A DNA stretch of 64,000 nucleotides from Candidatus Hydrogenedentota bacterium (GTDB lineage Bacteria; Hydrogenedentota; Hydrogenedentia; Hydrogenedentales; SLHB01). The position numbers and the translations under genes were made by a program. This document shows positions 40,377-49,717 of this stretch, one piece after another. The stretch covers positions 32,001 to 96,000 of the forward strand of contig BTWA01000008.1 of the NCBI GenBank assembly GCA_045863295.1, given 5' to 3'. A model generated the notes under the pieces. The model had not been told where the DNA came from. It saw only the letters and a list, made by a program, of their open reading frames with translations, and searched no databases. Positions within the stretch are counted from its first letter, which is position 1; each line of letters starts with the position of its first letter.

Positions 40377-40829
40377 TCACTTTACGTTTGGAGTTCCCCG
40401 AGACTCTTCATGACCCGCGTTCGCCAGGTCTTCTTCGGACATCCCCATCCGTATGATTCCCGAACCGACTGCATCCAGCTTCTGCTTGTAGCTTTCCCGG
40501 TACATGGAAGGCTTACGGGCCTTCAACAGAAAGATCAGCAGGGAATCCGAATACTTCGTGTAATAATCCACAATCTTCTTGCCCCTCCATATCGGCTTCT
40601 TGACACCGTGCACTGCACGCCTATATGCCTCAGCCTCCATAGCCTCCGTGCCTACTTCGTACGCTTCATCCCAGTCCTGCGAGAATCGCTCACACTTGCG
40701 CTTCAAATCATATGCCGCTTGCCGCGATATGCCGACCGCCTTTGCGGCCATTTCAATCGTTGCACCACTCTGAATATGAACCAGAAATACCTCGCGCTTT
40801 GACAATGTGAAGGTAATCCGCCTGGGCAT
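40377..40829 (-). CDS. Phage terminase small subunit-like HTH protein
   Basis: AAKAVGISR..AY...F...WDEA, EAYRRAVHG, YSDSLLIFLLKA.KP..YRE. Confidence 0.7.
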   Translation of the reverse strand: MPRRITFTLSKREVFLVHIQSGATIEMAAKAVGISRQAAYDLKRKCERFSQDWDEAYEVGTEAMEAEAYRRAVHGVKKPIWRGKKIVDYYTKYSDSLLIFLLKARKPSMYRESYKQKLDAVGSGIIRMGMSEEDLANAGHEESRGTPNVK

Positions 40830-40901
40830 ACGTTCTCACACCCCTACGTCGTGTAAAGCAATGTAAAGTTTCGCATGGAAGCGTATTCGCGTTCAGGTGT
40901 T

Positions 40902-41756
40902 CTAAACATGGTTCCTGCAAATCGACAGCAAGCGCTTCTCGAGTACCTGTCCCAGTGGCGACTTCAACTCACGTGACATGGAATCCGCCCAATTGAGTTC
41001 ACTCATAAATTGCTCTAGCGGCATTCCAGGGCCAATTCTGGCAGTCGTAGGTCCGATGTCGCCCATACTCAAGCCAAACTCGCTCAACGCGCTCATAAAC
41101 TCGCCGGGAAGCTTGTTGGGGTTGGGGAAAGCTAAGATTGACTTTCTTTCATCCAATTTGGATTCGGAATTCGGCACTCGGTCGGTATCTAAATCATTTT
41201 CTTTATTTTTTCTTAATCTTAAGATCGGCGCATTCTCTACATGGGTCACCTGTGCAAATTTTGCATGGGGGGGCATGCAAGGAATGCAGGACCCCGCAAG
41301 CAAATTCTGCATGGGTTCAGCCGCTTGTGCAGAATTTGCATGGGTTATTGACGTACTTTGAATTGGCAGGCGTGCCCGCTTGGCTTCATGGCTTTGTCTT
41401 CTGGCTTCTTGAGACAGTTTGGCTGCTTCGGTCGCGACATACCTTTTCCAGCGCGATGACGGCGAGTACTCTGTGGCAATTCCTGCAGACCCTTTTATGC
41501 GATTCACAAACCCAACTAACTCAAGCTGCCGCATTGCTAACCGGAAAGAACGTTCACATGCCACGGATCGTGGAGAATACGGAAACGGAATTGATGGGAG
41601 TTTGATTGTGCGGCATTTGGTGGCACGATGCCAAGCCAAATGGTACTCGATCAGCACATTGCGAGCTGTCGGGAAAAGTTCTCTGTATGCATCGCTTTGA
41701 AGCATTCTTTCGGGGACTTTTACCCAGAAGCCCTCGCGCTTTGTACTCGTTGTCAT
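40902..41756 (-). CDS. Putative replication initiator of element 2
   Basis: Similar to 35736-36620; internal 16-bp repeats; TAATG coupling to the upstream gene. Confidence 0.55.
   Translation of the reverse strand: MTTSTKREGFWVKVPERMLQSDAYRELFPTARNVLIEYHLAWHRATKCRTIKLPSIPFPYSPRSVACERSFRLAMRQLELVGFVNRIKGSAGIATEYSPSSRWKRYVATEAAKLSQEARRQSHEAKRARLPIQSTSITHANSAQAAEPMQNLLAGSCIPCMPPHAKFAQVTHVENAPILRLRKNKENDLDTDRVPNSESKLDERKSILAFPNPNKLPGEFMSALSEFGLSMGDIGPTTARIGPGMPLEQFMSELNWADSMSRELKSPLGQVLEKRLLSICRNHV
41230..41344. repeat. Iteron-like 16-bp repeats
   Basis: GCA.ATT.TGCATGGG-type copies at 41254, 41300 and 41329; degenerate copy at 41230. Confidence 0.7.
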
Positions 41757-42100
41757 TATTCGCACCTCCCAAGCTCTCGACGGGCTTGAGCGACTGCATG
41801 AGCGCGCTGTTTCTCCGTACGGCCGCGGCTGACATTCATTTTCGAATTTTCTTGATCGAGAAGTTTCTGCCGTTTCGAGTAGAATTCGACATCTGCCTCG
41901 GCAAGTACTCGAAAGAACTCATCTAAATCGGCTTGGGTTGTAAAAACACGCGATCCGATCCTGACATGCTTCAGCCGGATTCGCTCCCCGGTCCGGGCCT
42001 TCAGCCCAATTCGCATCCACCGCCAAACCACGGATGCGTGCACATGCTGCGGCGTTTGTTTAGCCGCCTCTGCTACAGTTAGAAAATCACCTCTCTCCAT
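41756..42100 (-). CDS. DUF1580-like HTH protein
   Basis: LTVAEAA..VHASVVWRW..G...RL...RIGSRVFTT...LDEFF; AAAGGAGG RBS. Confidence 0.8.
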   Translation of the reverse strand: MERGDFLTVAEAAKQTPQHVHASVVWRWMRIGLKARTGERIRLKHVRIGSRVFTTQADLDEFFRVLAEADVEFYSKRQKLLDQENSKMNVSRGRTEKQRAHAVAQARRELGRCE

Positions 42101-42618
42101 CGATTGCGCCTCCTTTCAGTGCGCTGGAGGCAATTTCGATCATTTTCTACTGGAGAATCTGCATGGTTGCTTTTGCCAAAAAGCGTACATATGTAAGTCT
42201 ATTTAATTCAGTTACTTACAGAAAACATATAGGTTTTTCCAAAAGCATGGTCGGCGTTTAGCTTATTTTTCCTTAAATCGCACCAATGTAGGCGAGACGC
42301 ATATGTTGCATTTCTATGGAACGTTCAGATGGGAAAGGTACTGAGGGAAGCAGATTGCTCGGATTGTGGAGGAAGTCGGATGACTCATCGGGTCAGAGTA
42401 CGGGTAACTTGACCTTCGCTCGCAGATTTGGAGCCTTTTATCGATGACACACGAGCTACAGTTGTATAGGCGTCATTGATTCAAGCAGCTTGAGGATGAG
42501 AATAGGCTCAAAAGCCTGGTAGTGGTACGGGCCTGAAGATTAAAGTGAGAAATGTCTAGCCACGCTGCCAAATCGACGGTTGTTTCGCTCTGTTGAGTTG
42601 AGTTGTCGTGTAGACAGG

Positions 42619-43872
42619 TCATTCTGCCTGGGCAAGGTAGCTCTTACCTTGCTCGGTGAGTGTTCGCTTCTGAGGGCCAGATATGAATCCCATATCGTGA
42701 AGCCGCTTAAGCTTGATTTGGACAGTTGTGAATTCTGGGTCCAGGTCCTCGTCAATTTCTGAAATGGCCTCGCATAGATTCGTTCTGACCTTTACCAAAT
42801 CTGAAGTCATTGATGGATTGTAGGTATCACTTCGCACCTCGCGTATTTCGTACGCTCTTGAGTTGCGAATCCCTGGATACTTTTTCACAGCTTTGAGAAT
42901 TGCGAGCTCCAGCCTGTTGATTTTGAAGTTAAGGTGGGAAGTAGACTGTCGAGGCCTCAAGAACTCATCCTCGTAAGCGGAATTCCAGCCATCCATTGCG
43001 CGCACCAGTTTCCTAAGGCCTAGCAGAGTACGCTCAGATACGTTTGGCAATGCATTGTTTCCTGCGCGCGCGAACACGCGCCACACATCGGTGGTTGAGA
43101 GTGCCAGGCCGGTACACCACTTTCCGTCTTCTCTTATTTGTATCTCCTTAAGCGTAACCGCACCGGACTGACCCATCTCTGCGGCCAAGTTGCACAAATT
43201 TTCAACGCGCTGAAGAACGCCCAAATTGCTAAACTGTCCAAGACTCATGCCATGCGTATGAAAGCGTAAGTACCAATGAAGGATGTGCCTGCGCAATGGA
43301 TCCGAGTCTTTGGATAGCTGACGCACTTCCGGGGCATCAAACACCTGTTGCGATTCGTCAATTGGGCGCACCACGATTTCTTCGGCGTCCGCCAGCGGTA
43401 GGACCGTCTCGGCACCATTCAGTATCCTGTAAAGTGTCGGCTCCGGAGCCTGGGGCGGCAATTGGAGAACATAGGAATTGTTGAAACGGTCCAGCCTAGA
43501 TACCGCCCTGGGACTCAAATAGGCGCATTTATTGAGGTCGTCTTTTGGCAGCTTGCAGAGGGTGTCGCTTATCTCTTCCAACGAAAGCAGCGAGTTTCTC
43601 GATTCGACTTCCTTTAACAAGTCTTTGTGGCTAACCAAAAGGGATCGAGTCGAGAGACAATGTGTTGCCTCTCGCAGGCGATTCAGGTGCTCAGTGTCCA
43701 ACTGAATGTCAACGCATCGGCCTTCCTTGACCCGCCCTTCGCCATTCCAGATGAAAGTAACGAACCATGCCAAAAAGTCGTCCTTTGTTGGCAGTTCGGG
43801 GTAGGTTGGATAGGTATCATCGAAATGCCAAGTTCCAATGACAATTGGCTGATCATGGGCTAAACCTGACAT
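42619..43872 (-). CDS. Hypothetical protein with C-terminal winged-helix-like end
   Basis: 417-aa ORF ending LKRLHDMGFI...LTEQGKSYL. Confidence 0.6.
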   Translation of the reverse strand: MSGLAHDQPIVIGTWHFDDTYPTYPELPTKDDFLAWFVTFIWNGEGRVKEGRCVDIQLDTEHLNRLREATHCLSTRSLLVSHKDLLKEVESRNSLLSLEEISDTLCKLPKDDLNKCAYLSPRAVSRLDRFNNSYVLQLPPQAPEPTLYRILNGAETVLPLADAEEIVVRPIDESQQVFDAPEVRQLSKDSDPLRRHILHWYLRFHTHGMSLGQFSNLGVLQRVENLCNLAAEMGQSGAVTLKEIQIREDGKWCTGLALSTTDVWRVFARAGNNALPNVSERTLLGLRKLVRAMDGWNSAYEDEFLRPRQSTSHLNFKINRLELAILKAVKKYPGIRNSRAYEIREVRSDTYNPSMTSDLVKVRTNLCEAISEIDEDLDPEFTTVQIKLKRLHDMGFISGPQKRTLTEQGKSYLAQAE

Positions 43873-44035
43873 TTGAGTTCACTCCACACTCGTCAATTCG
43901 CCAGCATGAATGCGCTCGTCCTTCCGACTAGCCATTGGCTCGAATCGGATGGTGGAGCCTCCTTGTGTGCTCCGACGTGCTCAAAACTCCATCTCTCATT
44001 TTCAGAGACGGCCTCCATTCTATCGTATTGCATTT

Positions 44036-47000
44036 CTACTCTCTTTCGAATCCTTGGCTGGTGAACTTCAACGTCCGCCCGTTCTCTGTCACCGTTCTAA
44101 CTACGTTCTCAGGTGCGCCGGATTGAAATTGTGCTTCTATTTCAAGTGTCACGGTGACATCTGCGCCCACCAGGCCTGCCAAATGCGCGATCACCTCGTC
44201 TGCAACCCGGCTTGCGTCGCGCCCAACACGGGCGGGATCCAGCACCACGGTGCCGTGATATCGCTTTGGCCTGACTTGAATGGGGGCAGGGGACGCACCC
44301 GCGTTTCCAGAATCGCCGCCTGTAGACGGGACTTGAGCATCTCCCGCAACCACTCCCGATTCGCCAGTTGCCGGGTCCGCTTGGGCTTTGCTGGTCTCCG
44401 CCTCCAACTGCTTGCGCGCGACATCCGGCTTGACCAACAGTCCCGGTGCATCCGCGCCAGCCGTGAAAATGGATTGTCCCCCGCGCAGACCTCGATAGCG
44501 ATGCAATTCCTCATCATAAGTGTCCGCAAAGGCGAACGCGTCGTGCTCCCACGTGAGCAACGAGACACCTTCGTTGACCGCGCCCAAAAGGACGTTCGTA
44601 TCCCGCAACCGCGGCAGGTAGATGTACCGTGCAAAATCTTCCGCCAACTGCTGCACCGAAACGTGTTCGCCCCGCCACAACGGTATCTTGTCCAAATCCA
44701 TCCGTAGCCGCGTCGCCGCCAGTTTGGTCACCAACAGTTCCTCGTGCTTGAGCTTCTTGCTCGCGCGGATAGCCAGCGGATCCTGCCCGGTCACACGAAT
44801 GGCATTCCAATGCACCGGGTCCTGGGGCTTGGGTTGCTCAGGAACCAAAAGCCACTGATAGGTTTCCGGAAGCCTCGCCGTTACCGCGCCATCAGCAGCC
44901 GATCTCTGCGTCTCCGCCTGCTTCACCTGGAAGGGCGTCAAACCAAGTTCGGTACGTTCAGTAAGAATGGAATCCCAGGCCAGGTACCGTCTGACCGCTT
45001 CGTCCAAATCCTGCAGGCGCGTCTTGTCAGCCGCCAGGAACACCAGCGCATTGCGATAAAGGCGTGGGCTGTTGCCACGCGCCTCCAGCATGGACTTGGC
45101 GGCCGCGTCGGCGGAGTTCCCCGCATCCTTGGTGTACGGGTGATCCGGACCTAACACGACCAACCGCGCATCCACGTCGTCCGGCACTTCCTGACCAGTC
45201 GCAGGCATGGCGTGCACACGGTTAAAGTCGCCCCGTTGTTCGAGGTCCCTCCTGAGCCGCTTCTCCATTTCCTGCACAACCTTGTCCGATTCGCGCTTCA
45301 ATTGTTCTGCTCGATCCTCCGCCAACTTCGTGACCGTGGGCTGCGTGGAATACCAATACCTCGGCCCATCCTGATACAGATACGTCGCAGCACCGGCCAG
45401 CCTGCGCAATGCATCTCCGAACACCGCAGGCGATTCGCCCGGCATCACGCACCCCAATTTCACCCGGCGATCTTCGATCCCCAAATGCGCAGCGCCGGCC
45501 ATCGGTGCCGACCCCAGGTAGATCGTCCGTGCCACGCGACGGCATGCGGCAAACTTGCCCAGGTTCGCGATCTCACCGTCCAGTCGCAGCGGCAACGAAT
45601 TGGGGCCATCCACATCCTTGGCCAGCACAGGCACCCAGTTATCGGATAAATATCGAGTCAACTCGAATTGCACGCGCGAGTCGTCGATGGCAATGTTGGC
45701 AGGCAGTATCAAGGGATTCCGGTCGCCCTTCTCCCACAAGCTATGGATCACCGCTGCCATGAGCCGCAGCACGCCGCGCGTACGTTGAAACTTTATCAAC
45801 GTCGACCAATCCGTATACAGACGGTCGAATATCTCTGGATGGATCGGATAGGCCGCTTTGATCCGCTTCTCATAGTCCGCATCGCGGCATTCGGGAGGAA
45901 ATTCGGCCTGCTGTGTCCGATACAAGTCGGCAAATTCCCGCGCCACCACGTCCCTGTCCTTGAACTGCTGCGGATCGGACATCGGCTCGAACAGGCGCCG
46001 CCGCACAATCTCAAAGCCTTCTTCCGCGCTGGCCGGCCGCCATGAAGACTCCACTCGACCGATAACATTCCGCAACCGGTCCAACGCTTCGCGCCCCCGC
46101 TGGCCGCCCACTTCCACGTCGTTGGCCTGCGTATGCGGCGAACCCGTCGTGTCCGATGCGGGCAGGCTGATTACCAAGAGACAGTTCTTCGCCAACTTGG
46201 CCGATTCCGTCAACACCTGCGCAAACGTGAATTGCGTTTCAAAACTGCCCGCGGGGAGGTCGCTCTGATCGTGCAACTGCCGCGCATAGGCCACCCACTC
46301 ATCAATGAGGATCAGGCACGGTCCGTATTCATTGAACATCTCTCGCAGTACATCGCCCGGACTTGTCGCCCTCTCGTCATCAGCCTTGATGCGCGCGAAG
46401 GCCTTCTTGCCCCCTAACTGCCAAGCCAATTCACCCCAGAGCGTGTGCACCACAGTCCCGTCCGCCTTGGTGGAGGGATTACCCGGCGAGATCTTATTGC
46501 CCACCAGCACGGCCCGGCGCACGGACGGCAGCGTATCCGCCGCCGCGCCTTTCATTACGGTGTCGACGCCGGACAGTTCGGCGGGACTAATGCCGGAAAA
46601 TAGGTGATACAGCGCCAGCATGGAGTGCGTCTTGCCGCCGCCGAAGTTCGTCTGCAACTGCACCACCGGGTCGCCGCCCCCGGCAGTCAACCGTTGCACC
46701 GCACCCGTCAGCATGCTCTTTAGGCTCTCGGTCACAAAGGTCCGCCGGAAGAATTCCACCGGATCCTTGTATTCCGCCGTTCCTTCCCCAACGTGCACCT
46801 GCCACAAGTCTGCCGCGAACTCCGCTTGTTGATAGCGCCCGCTGGCCACATCCTTGTGTGGGGTCACCACCTCGCGCCAGGGTTTCAAATGGCCCGTGGC
46901 CGCGCTTTCGATGGCCGTGCCCGAACTCTTCCGCTTTTCGCTTCGTACTTGCTCGTCGAAGCGGAGCCGCAACAGCTCCATCTTCATTCGCTCAATATCT

Positions 47001-47389
47001 TCCGCTTGCGGCGCGGAAACGGACACCAGCAGCCGCGAAACCGAATCAAGCACACGATACGCATCATCGCTGGAAAAATTGGCCTGGTGCGCCCACTTGT
47101 TGCGCGCGTCTCGAAGTTCGCTCACCATCGACCGTTCAGCGTTCCCAAGCGTGTTCTTGAAAACCAGATTCCACTGGTTCCACATCACGCCCAACAATGA
47201 AGCGGCATCCCAAGGTGGTTGCTCTTCATCCTTGAAAAGTTTGGCTTGCGAAGGCCCCACGGCGGCCTTTACCTCGTCGAACCAGGTTTGTTGATGCTGC
47301 GCCTTGAGTTCCCGCTCCACAAACGGCTGCAACCCCAGTGTAAGCAATTCCAGCCCCTTGCCGACCCGGTCTCGATTAGTTATTGCCAT
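44036..47389 (-). CDS. DUF499 AAA+ ATPase with N-terminal Swt1-like HEPN domain
   Basis: RNKWAH HEPN motif; LQTNFGGGKTHS Walker A; ILIDEW Walker B; AYPIHPE, FQRTRGVLR. Confidence 0.92.
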   Translation of the reverse strand: MAITNRDRVGKGLELLTLGLQPFVERELKAQHQQTWFDEVKAAVGPSQAKLFKDEEQPPWDAASLLGVMWNQWNLVFKNTLGNAERSMVSELRDARNKWAHQANFSSDDAYRVLDSVSRLLVSVSAPQAEDIERMKMELLRLRFDEQVRSEKRKSSGTAIESAATGHLKPWREVVTPHKDVASGRYQQAEFAADLWQVHVGEGTAEYKDPVEFFRRTFVTESLKSMLTGAVQRLTAGGGDPVVQLQTNFGGGKTHSMLALYHLFSGISPAELSGVDTVMKGAAADTLPSVRRAVLVGNKISPGNPSTKADGTVVHTLWGELAWQLGGKKAFARIKADDERATSPGDVLREMFNEYGPCLILIDEWVAYARQLHDQSDLPAGSFETQFTFAQVLTESAKLAKNCLLVISLPASDTTGSPHTQANDVEVGGQRGREALDRLRNVIGRVESSWRPASAEEGFEIVRRRLFEPMSDPQQFKDRDVVAREFADLYRTQQAEFPPECRDADYEKRIKAAYPIHPEIFDRLYTDWSTLIKFQRTRGVLRLMAAVIHSLWEKGDRNPLILPANIAIDDSRVQFELTRYLSDNWVPVLAKDVDGPNSLPLRLDGEIANLGKFAACRRVARTIYLGSAPMAGAAHLGIEDRRVKLGCVMPGESPAVFGDALRRLAGAATYLYQDGPRYWYSTQPTVTKLAEDRAEQLKRESDKVVQEMEKRLRRDLEQRGDFNRVHAMPATGQEVPDDVDARLVVLGPDHPYTKDAGNSADAAAKSMLEARGNSPRLYRNALVFLAADKTRLQDLDEAVRRYLAWDSILTERTELGLTPFQVKQAETQRSAADGAVTARLPETYQWLLVPEQPKPQDPVHWNAIRVTGQDPLAIRASKKLKHEELLVTKLAATRLRMDLDKIPLWRGEHVSVQQLAEDFARYIYLPRLRDTNVLLGAVNEGVSLLTWEHDAFAFADTYDEELHRYRGLRGGQSIFTAGADAPGLLVKPDVARKQLEAETSKAQADPATGESGVVAGDAQVPSTGGDSGNAGASPAPIQVRPKRYHGTVVLDPARVGRDASRVADEVIAHLAGLVGADVTVTLEIEAQFQSGAPENVVRTVTENGRTLKFTSQGFERE

Positions 47390-47408
47390 TTCGCTTCAAC
47401 CCCGATTA

Positions 47409-47440
47409 GAACCACAGATGAACACGGATGGACACAGATG
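47409..47440. repeat. 10-mer repeat array (GxxExxY-associated family)
   Basis: GAACCACAGATGAACACGGATGGACACAGATG. Confidence 0.8.
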
Positions 47441-47585
47441 AAAAGAGCCCAAACCCAATCAATCATTTCACTTTAGTGCAGCATCGATCACAACCAAGCA
47501 CCGATCCAATCCCGCTTCTTTCAATAGCCACGGCCGGTTCTCAGTACTTATGCTGCACTATCGCCTCTGTCCTAACTTCTAAGTC

Positions 47586-47927
47586 CTAACTACTACGCCC
47601 TAACTTCTTCAATCGCGACTGAATCGCCGACGGCTGGCGGCCAAAATGAGCGGCCATGTCCTTGACACTTTTGCCCTCGCCCCAAAGCAACTCCAGATCC
47701 CGATCCTCCTCATCGCTCCAAGGCTCATACGCCCGCGGATGCTTTGCCTTAATCTCCGCCAGACGTTCCGCATAGTCCGGCTTGGCCTTGTCAGCCAGCG
47801 TCAACGCCTCCGCAGCCGCATCGAAGATGTCCTTGTACGTATACCCCGGGTGCAACGCTAATATCTGCCCATAATCCCGCCCCTCGGCGATAAGCTGCAG
47901 AATCACTTTTGCTTTCTCGCTCAGCAT
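47586..47927 (-). CDS. Small protein with DUF433-like N-part and Myb/HTH-like C-part
   Basis: AYEPWSDEED..L...GKSV..MA..FGRQPSAIQSRL. Confidence 0.7.
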   Translation of the reverse strand: MLSEKAKVILQLIAEGRDYGQILALHPGYTYKDIFDAAAEALTLADKAKPDYAERLAEIKAKHPRAYEPWSDEEDRDLELLWGEGKSVKDMAAHFGRQPSAIQSRLKKLGRSS

Positions 47928-47966
47928 TCATGGTCCCCTTGCCAAGACCGCGACTCTTGATGGCAA

Positions 47967-49010
47967 TTAGCTAAGCAACGCTTTACGCCAATCGCTCTTG
48001 CTATAGTCTTTGGCATCGCCTTTATCCGGTCCTAGGTGCCAATTGATATCTTTTTCGCTCTTATCCACGAGTCGACAGTATCGCCCCTTGATATCGGTCG
48101 ATTCGTTTCTTCCTACCACATGAACAGTCGCACGTGTATGGCCCCAGTATTTGCGCGCCCAATCCCAGTCCGTATCCGGTGCCGACCAGCCGACAAAGTA
48201 GATCTCCTCGGCATTTCGGGATACATCAAATAGACGTTCGTGAACTCTCTGTAGTGAAGTCAGTGCCGCCCACTCCGTCGGACGTTGTTTCATCCCAGGC
48301 GGCACCATCAGAAAATGCAGATCGCTGTGCAGATGCGGGCACCTGCCATGGCCGGTGTGCTTTTCGCGGCCGGTCCCCCAATTGGCCGGCAAGTGCGGGT
48401 CCGGCTTGTCAAACTTCACGGTCACGGTATTGCAGACATCGAACGGGAGATCACAAACTAACCAGTTCAGCGATCCATTCGGCTTGAGGAGATTTACCCC
48501 AGGAGGCCGGCCTTCATTGACATAAAGCACTTCCTTCGATCCCAGACAGTATTCAGGCAGAGCACCAACCGCCATGATCGCCTGATCCAAAAGCAAGTCA
48601 TAGTTGAATGTACAGACTTCGATATCGGGCGTATTCAACAGGTCACGTGCAAATCGTTGATATAGACAGCACCACAAACACTCTCGTTCCGCCTGGTCCT
48701 CTGACTGCATCACAAGTTCAAGACCACGGATGAATACTCGGGAAAATCGCTTCAGCTCGAATGTACTGTGCCCACTCATTCGAATCAGTGTGTCACCGTA
48801 GACTTCCACGTTGGCGTCCACCGATTCCCAATCCAGGAAGGTGTCGTGCGCCGCTTTGGCTTCTGGAATGTCTATGCCATGAATAGACCATGTGTGCGAT
48901 TTGTGCCAAGGCAACTTTTTGAATCGGCAGAGGATGCCGCTCATCGCCGGAATACCCATGGGACACGAGAACCCCGCGCCCAACACCACCAGCTTCTTTG
49001 GATAACTCAT
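47967..49010 (-). CDS. SIR2-like family protein
   Basis: LGAGFS, TFNYD, KPNGSLNW, VPP, FVGWS. Confidence 0.8.
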   Translation of the reverse strand: MSYPKKLVVLGAGFSCPMGIPAMSGILCRFKKLPWHKSHTWSIHGIDIPEAKAAHDTFLDWESVDANVEVYGDTLIRMSGHSTFELKRFSRVFIRGLELVMQSEDQAERECLWCCLYQRFARDLLNTPDIEVCTFNYDLLLDQAIMAVGALPEYCLGSKEVLYVNEGRPPGVNLLKPNGSLNWLVCDLPFDVCNTVTVKFDKPDPHLPANWGTGREKHTGHGRCPHLHSDLHFLMVPPGMKQRPTEWAALTSLQRVHERLFDVSRNAEEIYFVGWSAPDTDWDWARKYWGHTRATVHVVGRNESTDIKGRYCRLVDKSEKDINWHLGPDKGDAKDYSKSDWRKALLS

Positions 49011-49040
49011 TGGGAATTCCTACGCTTCAATCTGAAATCA

Positions 49041-49180
49041 AACCACAGATGGACACAGATTAACACGGATAAGACAGTCGAACGGGAACAGCCCTGGTCT
49101 ATCAGGCGGGCCACACTCCTCCTTTTTTCTCTCATAATTCAATCTTCCCATCTGTGTGAATCTGTGTTCATCTGTGGTTC
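49041..49180. repeat. Inverted pair of 10-mer arrays (hairpin) between GxxExxY and SIR2 genes
   Basis: AACCACAGATGGACACAGATTAACACGGAT (49041-49070) and CCATCTGTGTGAATCTGTGTTCATCTGTGGTTC (49148-49180). Confidence 0.85.
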
Positions 49181-49195
49181 AATTCTTATCCCTGT

Positions 49196-49567
49196 TTACA
49201 GTGAAACCCGCTTCCATTCCAGCTTCGCTCTTTTGAAATTGATGATTAGTCCCGTCTTTAACCCCGCAATCTTCAGGTAATTCAGCATCTGCCCCAACTC
49301 GTGGTCGCCGATTCGCTCTATTACTTTGGCATCCACAATTACCGCGTCTTGTACCACCAAATCCGGGACATACGCGCCCACCGTCTTCCCCTTGTACACC
49401 ACATCGTATGTGCATTGCTGGAGGGCCGACAGTCCGCGAAGCCCCAGTTCCACCACAAGCGCGTTCTCGTACGGCTTTTCCAACAGGCCGTGGCCTAAAG
49501 TATTCAGCACCTCCATCGCCGCCCCGATGATGGCCTCCGTCACGCTACTGTTCGGTGCGCCGCTCAA
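49196..49567 (-). CDS. GxxExxY protein (PD-(D/E)XK-like)
   Basis: IIGAAMEV...LGHGLLEKPYENAL, DLVV, DAK, QMLNYL, GLIINF; start uncertain (frame open to 49717). Confidence 0.88.
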   Translation of the reverse strand: MSGAPNSSVTEAIIGAAMEVLNTLGHGLLEKPYENALVVELGLRGLSALQQCTYDVVYKGKTVGAYVPDLVVQDAVIVDAKVIERIGDHELGQMLNYLKIAGLKTGLIINFKRAKLEWKRVSL

Positions 49568-49588
49568 GCGACATCCCCTGAGAGTTTT

Positions 49589-49715
49589 AACCACAGATGA
49601 ACACAGATGCACACGGATAAGAGCAGGGCCGAGGCTTCGGCCGTTAGCCGGTAGCCGGTAGCCATCTTTCCTCACTTCTCTCTCCTCTTTTCTCTCTTCT
49701 TCCCATCTGTGGTTC
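49589..49715. repeat. Inverted pair of 10-mer arrays between DUF1156 and GxxExxY genes
   Basis: AACCACAGATGAACACAGATGCACACGGAT (from 49589) and CCATCTGTGGTTC (49703-49715). Confidence 0.8.
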
Positions 49716-49717
49716 AA

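Noticed and set aside
39870..40413. ORFs between integrase 2 and the TerS-like gene
   Set aside because: Short overlapping frames with no recognisable family; possibly a decayed gene, cannot be called
36025..49715. CRISPR array among the repeat clusters
   Set aside because: Repeats are short, few, irregularly spaced or tandem without unique spacers; no cas genes
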